64,000 nt of DNA from Gemmatimonadales bacterium (GTDB lineage: Bacteria; Gemmatimonadota; Gemmatimonadetes; Gemmatimonadales; GWC2-71-9), in contig JBFJCP010000008.1 in the NCBI GenBank assembly GCA_041615815.1, forward strand, positions 32,001 through 96,000. Direction: 5' to 3'. Positions 56,471-64,000 of this stretch are shown one piece after another. The position numbers were made by a program, and so were the translations under genes. The first letter of the stretch is position 1, and each line of letters opens with the position of its first letter. Under the pieces are notes generated by a model that was not told where the DNA came from, ran no database searches, and saw only the letters and a list, made by a program, of their open reading frames with translations.

Positions 56471-59061
56471 CTCGACGCCGCACGCCATCCGCTGTCGCGG
56501 ACACCCCGTTGATGCAGCAGTACCGCGAGATCAAAGCGCGAAACGCCGATGCGATCGTGTTTTTCCGTATGGGCGATTTCTACGAGATGTTCTTCGACGA
56601 TGCGGAGCTTGCGGCGAGGGAGTTGGGTCTCACCCTGACGACGCGGAACAACGGCGGCGCCGCCAACGTGCCCCTGGCCGGTGTACCGGTCAAGGCCGCG
56701 CGCGATTACCTCCGCCGACTCGTGGATCGCGGTTTTCGAGTGGCGGTGTGTGAACAGGTGGAGGATCCCAAACATGCCAAAGGAATCGTCAAACGGGAGG
56801 TCGTCGAGACGATCACACCGGGTGCCGTGCTGGCGGATGACTGGCTCGAGGGGTCCCAGAACAACTTCTTAGTGGCCGTGACGGAGGGAGATCCCTGGGG
56901 TCTCGCCGCGTTAGATCTTTCTACCGGTGAGTTCGTGCTGGAAACCGTCGCGGCATCAGAAATCGACGGCGCGCTGTCGCGCTACGCACCACGGGAGATC
57001 GTGATCCGCGAGGGAGCCGCAATGCCGTGGCCGGACTCGCCCACCGTGACGGAGCGCGATACGTCGGAATTCGATGTTGGCCACGCCACGAAGACAGTGG
57101 CCGATCACTTCGGCCTCCACGGGCTCGACGGCCTGGGCGTGTTGCCGGCGGATGGCCCTGCCGTGGCGGCGGCAGGCGCATTACTACGATACGTCTATGA
57201 GCTCCAACCGGGTGGCATCCCTCAGATCGCGCGGCCTGAGGTGCGTCGCAGCGGTGACACGGTGCCGCTCGATCCCATGACACGGCGGAACCTGGAGCTC
57301 GTGGAGTCGTTGCGAGAGGGGGAGCAGCGGGGGACGCTGTTGACCGTCGTCGACCGGTGTGTCACGCCGATGGGCGGCCGACTCCTTCGGCAGTGGTTGC
57401 TGGCACCGCTGCGCGACGTGGATCGCATTCGTGCTCGTCTGGAGGCGGTGGGCGCATTGGTGGCGGACCGTCGCGGTCGCGAGCGGGTCCGTGACGCCCT
57501 CGATGGCGTGCGTGACCTGCAGCGCCTGGGTGGCCGTGTGGCCACTGGACGAGGCTCGCCGCGGGATTTTGGAGGCCTGCGCGATTCCCTGGGCCGCCTG
57601 CCAGACGTGTTGAACGCGCTTCACGCGCTGGCCACGCCCGGTGCCCTGCTCGAGCACCACACCGACACGTTGGATCTCCTGTCCGATCTCACGGAGCCGC
57701 TGGTGCGGCTGTTGGCAGACCGTCCTCCAGCCGCCATCGGCGAGGGGGATGCGATTCGGCCGGGCGCCGATGCCACTTTGGACGAGGCCCGCGACGATCG
57801 AGATGGAGGAAAGCGGTTTATCGCCGGGCTCCAGGCCGGTGAGCGAACGCGAACCGGCATTCCTTCGCTCAAAGTGGGCTACAACAAGGTCTTCGGTTAC
57901 TACATCGAGATCACGAAGGCGCACAAGCATGCCGTGCCAGCGGACTACGAGCGCCGGCAGACGCTGACCAACGCGGAACGGTACGTCACACCCGAACTCA
58001 AAGACTACGAGTCGCGCGTTCTCACGGCGGAGGAACGTGTTGTGCATCGAGAGCGGGTCCTCATGGCGGAGCTCGCCGCGCTGGTAACTGATCGCCTCGA
58101 TCGCTTGCAGCACACCGCCACGCTCATCGGTGTGCTCGACGTGCTCCAGGCATTCGCTGAAACGGCTGCCCGAGAGCAATGGGTCGCTCCCACGGTGACC
58201 GGGGAGTTCGCTCTGGAGCTCCGCGGCTCGCGTCATCCGGTGGTCGAACGGCTGTTGCCACCCGGACGATTCATTCCGAACGACATCACGTTGGACGAGG
58301 CCGGACGCATCATCCTGCTCACGGGTCCCAACATGGCGGGCAAGTCGACGGTGCTTCGCCAGACGGGGCTGGCCGTGCTCTTGGCGCAGATCGGCTCGTT
58401 CGTTCCTGCACGCTCGGCCACGATCGGCGTCGTGGATCGCATCTTTACCCGCGTGGGCGCGACCGACGATTTGGGAAGAGGACAGTCGACGTTCATGGTG
58501 GAGATGAGCGAAACGTCGGCCATCCTGCATGCCGCGACGAATCGCAGTTTAGTGCTCCTCGATGAGATCGGCCGCGGGACATCGACCTATGATGGAGTCG
58601 CCATTGCGTGGGCGGTCACGGAACACCTGCACGATCGCATCGGTTGCAAGACCATCTTCGCCACCCACTATCACGAGCTCACGCAACTGACGGAGGATCT
58701 CCATCACGCGCGCAATTTCAATGTGGCGGTGCAGGAGTCGGGCGATCGCATCGTGTTCATGTACCGCCTCGTCCCGGGTGGCGCAGACCGGTCGTATGGC
58801 ATCCATGTGGGACGCCTTGCCGGCCTGCCCACAGGTGTGGTGGGACGCGCCGAGGAGATCTTGAGCTTGTTGGAGTCGGGCCACCAGGTGGCGGGGGAGG
58901 CCCCGCCACCCCGTCCAGATGCCCACCAGCTGGCCCTGTTCCACGCGGGGCACCATCCCGTCCTCGCTGAGCTCGCCAAGTTGGACCCCAACACGCTCTC
59001 CCCCCTCGAAGCGCTCAATCGTCTGGCAGAGCTCAAGCGGCAGGTCGACCACCGTGAATAG
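56467..59061 (+). CDS. mutS: DNA mismatch repair protein MutS
   Basis: TPLMQQY, FFRMGDFYE, TGPNMAGKST, STFMVEM, DEIGRGT, ATHYHEL. Confidence 0.97.
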   Translation: MTRRRTPSAVADTPLMQQYREIKARNADAIVFFRMGDFYEMFFDDAELAARELGLTLTTRNNGGAANVPLAGVPVKAARDYLRRLVDRGFRVAVCEQVEDPKHAKGIVKREVVETITPGAVLADDWLEGSQNNFLVAVTEGDPWGLAALDLSTGEFVLETVAASEIDGALSRYAPREIVIREGAAMPWPDSPTVTERDTSEFDVGHATKTVADHFGLHGLDGLGVLPADGPAVAAAGALLRYVYELQPGGIPQIARPEVRRSGDTVPLDPMTRRNLELVESLREGEQRGTLLTVVDRCVTPMGGRLLRQWLLAPLRDVDRIRARLEAVGALVADRRGRERVRDALDGVRDLQRLGGRVATGRGSPRDFGGLRDSLGRLPDVLNALHALATPGALLEHHTDTLDLLSDLTEPLVRLLADRPPAAIGEGDAIRPGADATLDEARDDRDGGKRFIAGLQAGERTRTGIPSLKVGYNKVFGYYIEITKAHKHAVPADYERRQTLTNAERYVTPELKDYESRVLTAEERVVHRERVLMAELAALVTDRLDRLQHTATLIGVLDVLQAFAETAAREQWVAPTVTGEFALELRGSRHPVVERLLPPGRFIPNDITLDEAGRIILLTGPNMAGKSTVLRQTGLAVLLAQIGSFVPARSATIGVVDRIFTRVGATDDLGRGQSTFMVEMSETSAILHAATNRSLVLLDEIGRGTSTYDGVAIAWAVTEHLHDRIGCKTIFATHYHELTQLTEDLHHARNFNVAVQESGDRIVFMYRLVPGGADRSYGIHVGRLAGLPTGVVGRAEEILSLLESGHQVAGEAPPPRPDAHQLALFHAGHHPVLAELAKLDPNTLSPLEALNRLAELKRQVDHRE

Positions 59062-59458
59062 GAGATCGCTGGGCGCGCTCGGGTTGTGTCTCGCCGCGGC
59101 GTGCGGACGCGACACCGGAAATGGACAGGATGCTGCGGATGCCGTGCCCGAGTTCGAGCCGCCCGTTGCCATCAACGCGGAATCGCCCGTGAACTACCCA
59201 GCGCAGCTGTTCCGCGAAGGTGTGGAGGGAACCGTTGTGCTGCGACTGTTCGTCGATGAGACCGGCGCGCTCGTGCTAGACTCGACCCGGATTCACGATG
59301 GCAGCGGGTATCCGAGTCTCGATTCCGCGGTGCTGGCCGGCGTGGACGCGATGCGCTTCGCACCAGCGCGCCGCAATGGCGCACCGATGCCAACTTGGTT
59401 CCTGCAGCCAGTCCACTTCCGACAGCCGGACCGGGCGCAGTCCAGAGGCGGATCGTGA
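59054..59458 (+). CDS. TonB C-terminal domain lipoprotein
   Basis: LAAAC, YP......EG.V.L..VD.G, SG...LD, RFAPA. Confidence 0.82.
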   Translation: MNRRSLGALGLCLAAACGRDTGNGQDAADAVPEFEPPVAINAESPVNYPAQLFREGVEGTVVLRLFVDETGALVLDSTRIHDGSGYPSLDSAVLAGVDAMRFAPARRNGAPMPTWFLQPVHFRQPDRAQSRGGS

Positions 59459-60846
59459 CGCAACGGAACACGCGTCCCTACGAATCGATTCTCGACACGA
59501 TCGGGTGGACTCCACTCGTGCGCCTCACGCGCGTGACCGGCGGGATTCGCACGCCCGTGTACGGCAAAGCCGAGTTCTTCAATCCAGGAGGGTCCCTCAA
59601 GGACCGGATCGGTCTGGCGATCATCGAAGATGCGGAGCGACGCGGGGAGCTGAACCCCGGGGGCGTGGTGGTCGAGGGTACCTCCGGGAACACCGGCGTT
59701 GGGTTGGCCATCGCGGCCGCCCTCAAGGGCTACCGCTGCGTGTTTACCATGCCGGACAAGATGTCGCAGGAGAAGGTTCGGCTTCTGAAGGCGTTTGGCG
59801 CGGAGGTCATCATCACTCCGACGGCCGTGCCGCCCGACCATCCGGACAATTACGTGATGAAGGCCAAGGCCATCGTCAAGGCAACTCCGAACGCCATCTT
59901 GGCCAACCAGTTCTACAATCAGGTAAACCCCGAGGTGCACTACCGGACGACCGGACCCGAACTGTGGGAACAAACCGAGGGACGCATCACCCACTTCGTG
60001 GGTGGCGCAGGAACCGGTGGCACGTTGAGCGGCGCCGGCCGCTACCTCAAGGAACGCAATGCCGCCATCCGTATCATCGCCGGCGATCCCGAAGGCTCCA
60101 TTTACGCCGCTTATGGCCGGGGAGAAAAGGACTTAGAGGGACACCCCTACAAGGTGGAGGGAATTGGCGGAGACAAGCTCCCCGAAACCCTGCATTTCGA
60201 GTACATCGACGAGTTCCATAACGTCTCGGACAAAAGCGCATTCCAGATGGCCCGGCGGCTCGCCCGCGAGGAGGGACTGTTCGTTGGTGGTTCCACTGGT
60301 CTGATCGTACAGGTGGCGCTGCAAGTGGCGCGGGCAGTCGACGACCCCGCTGCGTTGGTGGTGGCGATGTTGTGCGATACAGGGGAACGGTACCTCTCGA
60401 AAGTCTTCAACGATGAGTGGATGCGGGAGAACCAACTCTTAGACGTCGATCGAGGGGTGACCGCGGACAGCCTGCTCCAAGCCAAGGCGCACGATGCACC
60501 CGCTCTCGTGACTCTCGCCCCCGGACAGACGGTACGCCAGGCGCTCAATCTGATGGAGACCTATGGCGTCTCTCAGCTACCCATCGTTGAAGGGGGCGAC
60601 TGCGTGGGATCCGTGGCCGAAGGGGTGCTCATGACTCGGGCGATCTCCGAGCCATCAGCGCTGGAACAACCTGTTCGAGAAGTCATGGAACCTCCCTTTC
60701 CCGTTGTGGACGGCGGCTTCCCGCTCGAACGCTTCTGCGAACTTCTCTCGCGCGAGACCCCGGCCGTGCTCGTCCGACAGGATGGTGCTCTCTCGGGCAT
60801 CGTGACCCGGTACGACGTACTGCATCAGATGGCGGGAATCCGGTGA
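59455..60846 (+). CDS. cbs: Cystathionine beta-synthase with CBS domains
   Basis: NPGGSLKDR, TSGNTG, GTGGT, EGIG; C-terminal CBS pair. Confidence 0.9.
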   Translation: MTQRNTRPYESILDTIGWTPLVRLTRVTGGIRTPVYGKAEFFNPGGSLKDRIGLAIIEDAERRGELNPGGVVVEGTSGNTGVGLAIAAALKGYRCVFTMPDKMSQEKVRLLKAFGAEVIITPTAVPPDHPDNYVMKAKAIVKATPNAILANQFYNQVNPEVHYRTTGPELWEQTEGRITHFVGGAGTGGTLSGAGRYLKERNAAIRIIAGDPEGSIYAAYGRGEKDLEGHPYKVEGIGGDKLPETLHFEYIDEFHNVSDKSAFQMARRLAREEGLFVGGSTGLIVQVALQVARAVDDPAALVVAMLCDTGERYLSKVFNDEWMRENQLLDVDRGVTADSLLQAKAHDAPALVTLAPGQTVRQALNLMETYGVSQLPIVEGGDCVGSVAEGVLMTRAISEPSALEQPVREVMEPPFPVVDGGFPLERFCELLSRETPAVLVRQDGALSGIVTRYDVLHQMAGIR

Positions 60847-60911
60847 GCGGTCCCAGCACCGTGCACCGTCCCTGACATCTGCTCCTGGGACCGCCATCCG
60901 AGCCACCGGCC

Positions 60912-61298
60912 ATGTCTCCATTCGTTCTCTCCGCCGAGACGTCGTTCTCCGCAGCCCATACACTGCCAGGCGTGGATCTATGTGACCGGTTTCACGGACA
61001 CAATTGGCGTGTGCGGCTCAGCGTATCGGTGGATGACAACCAACTCGACGCGGGTGGCATGGGAGTCGATTTCCGCATATTGGAAGACATCGCTCGAGAC
61101 GCCGTGTCGGAGTTCGAACACCGCTACCTGAACGACCTCCCCTCGTTCCAGGACAGCCCACCCACGGCCGAGCGCATCGCGAAACTAGTATTCACCCGGG
61201 CCGAGACCGAACTCCAGCAGCGCGCGCCGACGGCACGGGTTTCGGCGGTCGATGTGTGGGAGACACCGGAGTACTGCGTGACCTATCAGCGAGCATGA
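60912..61298 (+). CDS. queD: 6-carboxy-5,6,7,8-tetrahydropterin synthase
   Basis: FSAAH, C..FHGHNW, LND, PTAE, VWET. Confidence 0.88.
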   Translation: MSPFVLSAETSFSAAHTLPGVDLCDRFHGHNWRVRLSVSVDDNQLDAGGMGVDFRILEDIARDAVSEFEHRYLNDLPSFQDSPPTAERIAKLVFTRAETELQQRAPTARVSAVDVWETPEYCVTYQRA

Positions 61299-62323
61299 GC
61301 CGTATCACCGTCCTGACGGGCGGCGCCACAGCCGAGCGCGACGTCGCACTGGCCGGCGCGGCGCAAGTGGTCCAAGCGCTACGCGACCGGGATCACGACG
61401 TTACGGTCGTGGACACCGTCACCGGCCCTATGGACGCCGCGCAGGAGCGGCGCCTGCTCGTGCCCACGGTGGGAGCCACGCCCCCGAATATCAGCGATCT
61501 TGAGCAACTGACCGAGCGGGAGTGCCTGCCCGACGTGGTCCGCTGGCCCGAGCTCCGCGAAGCGGATCTCGTGTTCATCGTCCTGCACGGCCGGCAGGGC
61601 GAGGGGGGCCTCGTGCAGGCTCTGCTCGAGAGCGGTGGCATTCCTTATGCGGGAAGCGGTCAATTGGGGAGTGCCCTCGCCATGGATAAGGACATCGCCA
61701 AACGGCTGCTGCGTGACGCCGGCGTCCCCACACCGTCGTGGCAGATGTGGCCAGTCGGCGCGGCAACCCTGACGGAACTCGGACTCCCGCTGGTGGTCAA
61801 ACCATCCAAGGCTGGCTCTACCGTTGGGCTCAGCGTCGTCCGCCAGCCGCAAGAGCTCGAGGTCGCCGTGCGGACGGCGCGCGCGTACGACGACGAGGTG
61901 TTGCTGGAGGCATTCGTGCCCGGACGGGAATTCACGGTTGGGGTGTTGGGCGAGGACGCGCTGGCCGTGGGGGAGATCATCCCGAGCCACGAAATCTTCG
62001 ATTACGAGTGCAAGTACACACCGGGGATGACACAGGAGGTGTTCCCCGCGGACATCCCCACCGCCCTCATGGAGGAACTGCAGACGCTCGCGCTGCGGGC
62101 CCACCGTGCACTCAAGCTGGCGGATTTCTCGCGAGTGGACTTTCGCCAGGGGGAGGACGGACGCGCATACTGCCTGGAACTCAACACGTTACCGGGGCTC
62201 ACCGCTACGAGCCTCCTGCCACAGTCGGCGGCAGCGGTCGGAATCCCGTTTCCCGACCTGTGCGAGCGAATCTGTTCCCTGGCCTTGCGGCGATACGAGC
62301 AGCGGAACAAAGTGCGGGCGTAA
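61295..62323 (+). CDS. ddl: D-alanine--D-alanine ligase
   Basis: GG...ER, LHG..GEGG, AMDK, VKP...GS, FDYECKY, ELNTLPG. Confidence 0.95.
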   Translation: MSRITVLTGGATAERDVALAGAAQVVQALRDRDHDVTVVDTVTGPMDAAQERRLLVPTVGATPPNISDLEQLTERECLPDVVRWPELREADLVFIVLHGRQGEGGLVQALLESGGIPYAGSGQLGSALAMDKDIAKRLLRDAGVPTPSWQMWPVGAATLTELGLPLVVKPSKAGSTVGLSVVRQPQELEVAVRTARAYDDEVLLEAFVPGREFTVGVLGEDALAVGEIIPSHEIFDYECKYTPGMTQEVFPADIPTALMEELQTLALRAHRALKLADFSRVDFRQGEDGRAYCLELNTLPGLTATSLLPQSAAAVGIPFPDLCERICSLALRRYEQRNKVRA

Positions 62324-62341
62324 AGGAGTAAATTCCACAGA

Positions 62342-63166
62342 ATGAGGACGCAGTCACCTTTTGTGTTGACCCCATGGGTGCGGGGATTGATCATCGCCAA
62401 CGCGGTGATCTATCTCCTGCAGATCACCGTGTTCACGGGCCCGTGGTTCAGCGACACCTTCGCGTTCAGCCCTGTCCGGGCCGTCACGCACTGGTGGACT
62501 TTCGTCACGTACATGTTCCTCCATGGGGGATTCCTCCACCTCGCCTTCAACATGCTCATGTTGTTCTTCTTCGGCTCGGCCGTCGAAGAACGCATGGGCG
62601 GTCCAACCTTCGGACTCTACTACTTCATCTGTGGGATAGGAGCAACCGTCTTCTCCTTCGCCGTGTCGCTGTTGTGGCCGGTGGCGCCGTTCGTCGGCGC
62701 GTCGGGCGCCGTGTTCGGCGTCTCACTCGCCTTCGCGATGTATTGGCCCGACGCACCTATCTACGTATTCCCAATCCCCGTGCCCATCAAAGCCAAATGG
62801 CTGGTCATGTTCCTGGCCACGGTCGGGCTCATCGCCGCCATCACCAGCGTCCAGGATGGCGTCGCTCACCTGGCGCATCTCGGTGGATTCCTGTTCGGGT
62901 TCATCTATTTGAAGGGTGAGGAGCGCATCGTTCGCCGAGCACGGGCCGTCATCAGCCGTCCTCCGCCAAAGCGCCCCAAAGCTCGCGCCCGAGCTCGCGA
63001 ACGCCGGGCTGCAAACGGCGAAACCGCCCGCCGACCCCGCCGCAAGGAGATTCGCGACGAAGTGGATCGGGTGCTCGACAAGATCAGCGAGACCGGGATC
63101 GAAAGTCTCACAGACGAGGAGCTTCGTCTGCTCGAGAGCGCAAGCCGACAGTTCCGCGGGCATTAG
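62342..63166 (+). CDS. Rhomboid intramembrane serine protease with a C-terminal helical extension
   Basis: TYMFLH, HL.FNM, GASG, AHLAHLGG; VDRVLDKIS..G..SL. Confidence 0.92.
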   Translation: MRTQSPFVLTPWVRGLIIANAVIYLLQITVFTGPWFSDTFAFSPVRAVTHWWTFVTYMFLHGGFLHLAFNMLMLFFFGSAVEERMGGPTFGLYYFICGIGATVFSFAVSLLWPVAPFVGASGAVFGVSLAFAMYWPDAPIYVFPIPVPIKAKWLVMFLATVGLIAAITSVQDGVAHLAHLGGFLFGFIYLKGEERIVRRARAVISRPPPKRPKARARARERRAANGETARRPRRKEIRDEVDRVLDKISETGIESLTDEELRLLESASRQFRGH

Positions 63167-63171
63167 CCGGC

Positions 63172-63666
63172 GTGGCTCCCCAGCTTCGGGTACGCCAGGG
63201 TGACATCACGAGCTACGACGGCGACGCTATTGTCAACGCCGCCAACAACCACCTCCAGCTCGGCGCCGGCGTCGCTGGCGCCATTCGCCGGGCGGGGGGC
63301 CCCGCCATCCAGCAGGAGTGCGATCGCCACGGCCCGATTCGAGTGGGCGAAGCCGCCATGACTGGGGCGGGTAATCTCCCCGTGCGCTGGGTGATTCACG
63401 CCGCAGCGATGGGCGATCAACCGGTTTCCCGGGAGTCGATTCGCGCGAGTACTCTGGCCAGTCTGCGGTTGGCGACGACGCACGGCATCCGCCGCATCGC
63501 GTTCCCCGTCCTTGGCTCCGGAGTTGGAGGCTTCTCGTTCGCGCGTGCGGCGCAAATCATGCGTGACGCCGTGCGGGAATCACCCGATACCGCAACCATC
63601 GACGAGATCGTGTTCTACGGATTCGGTGAGGAGGCCGCCCGCACACTCGAACGGATCCTGCACTAA
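63172..63666 (+). CDS. Macro domain protein (ADP-ribose-binding/deacetylase)
   Basis: QGDIT, DAIVNAAN, GAGVAGAI, VIHA, AFP..GSG. Confidence 0.92.
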   Translation: MAPQLRVRQGDITSYDGDAIVNAANNHLQLGAGVAGAIRRAGGPAIQQECDRHGPIRVGEAAMTGAGNLPVRWVIHAAAMGDQPVSRESIRASTLASLRLATTHGIRRIAFPVLGSGVGGFSFARAAQIMRDAVRESPDTATIDEIVFYGFGEEAARTLERILH

Positions 63667-63715
63667 CCTCTCTCTTGTCAGCACTCCCGTCGCGTCCCAA
63701 ATTGGGGGCGCCTCC

Positions 63716-64000
63716 ATGCTCATCAACCTCGTGCCGCAGTTCCTCGCCGCCATGACAGCGTCCGATCCGGTGGAGGCGTATCGGCGCTATCTCGATGAGC
63801 ACAGTCTCGTCCTGCGTTCGTATTGGCAAAACTACATCCTGGATCCCGACGGTCCGCATGCCGAGGAGGTGATTCGACGGGCCGTCACAGCGGACCGGCG
63901 AGACCTCACCGCACTTTTGAAGCAGTTCGACATCGAAGGCGTCGTCTCGGAGACCACCGCCAAATGCGAGGAGAAGTTCGAGACCGACCGGCCGTTCGAC
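63716..64000 (+). CDS. Hypothetical protein, N-terminal part (runs off the window)
   Basis: Open frame MLINLVPQFLAAM... to the window end. Confidence 0.65.
   Translation, partial: MLINLVPQFLAAMTASDPVEAYRRYLDEHSLVLRSYWQNYILDPDGPHAEEVIRRAVTADRRDLTALLKQFDIEGVVSETTAKCEEKFETDRPFD

Noticed and set aside
61295..62323. Vancomycin-resistance D-Ala-D-Lac ligase
   Set aside because: The omega loop keeps Tyr (DYECKY) and no van genes are nearby

Overview
GC-rich bacterial chromosomal segment. Gene content and protein style suggest Gemmatimonadota; this is inference, no search was run. It is mostly housekeeping: 3 tRNAs (Cys-GCA, Arg-UCG, Phe-GAA), glnA, mqnD, lemA-htpX-plsB-like, a YhaM-like nuclease/archease/rtcB RNA-repair set, lepB, pruA, ndh, proBA, a coproporphyrin-type haem cluster (hemD, chdC-Rieske fusion, hemE, short hemY), upp, an ECF sigma/anti-sigma pair, holA, mutS, cbs, queD, ddl. 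No intact IS, prophage or CRISPR is visible. The most interesting signals are missing from the ORF track. (1) A candidate peptide-signalling module: a TPR protein abuts an unannotated 49-aa secreted Cys-containing peptide gene tail-to-tail, and that gene is divergent from an AraC regulator and a lone receiver, with tandem operator repeats between them (11.5-14.5 kb). (2) A ~420-nt multi-domain structured stand-alone ncRNA candidate with its own promoter and terminal hairpin, converging on rtcB and preceded by a DnaA-box cluster (21.7-22.3 kb). (3) A terminator/antiterminator leader with a uORF upstream of proBA. (4) An ECF-promoter-driven small RNA or 20-aa peptide unit (10.74-10.90 kb). (5) A Cyc2-like cytochrome-porin plus CX4CH cytochrome pair with a tandem 25-bp repeat. 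(6) A recurrent 25-bp IHF-like palindrome next to sigma54-type promoters. All product calls come from motif recognition by eye, and start codons are best estimates.
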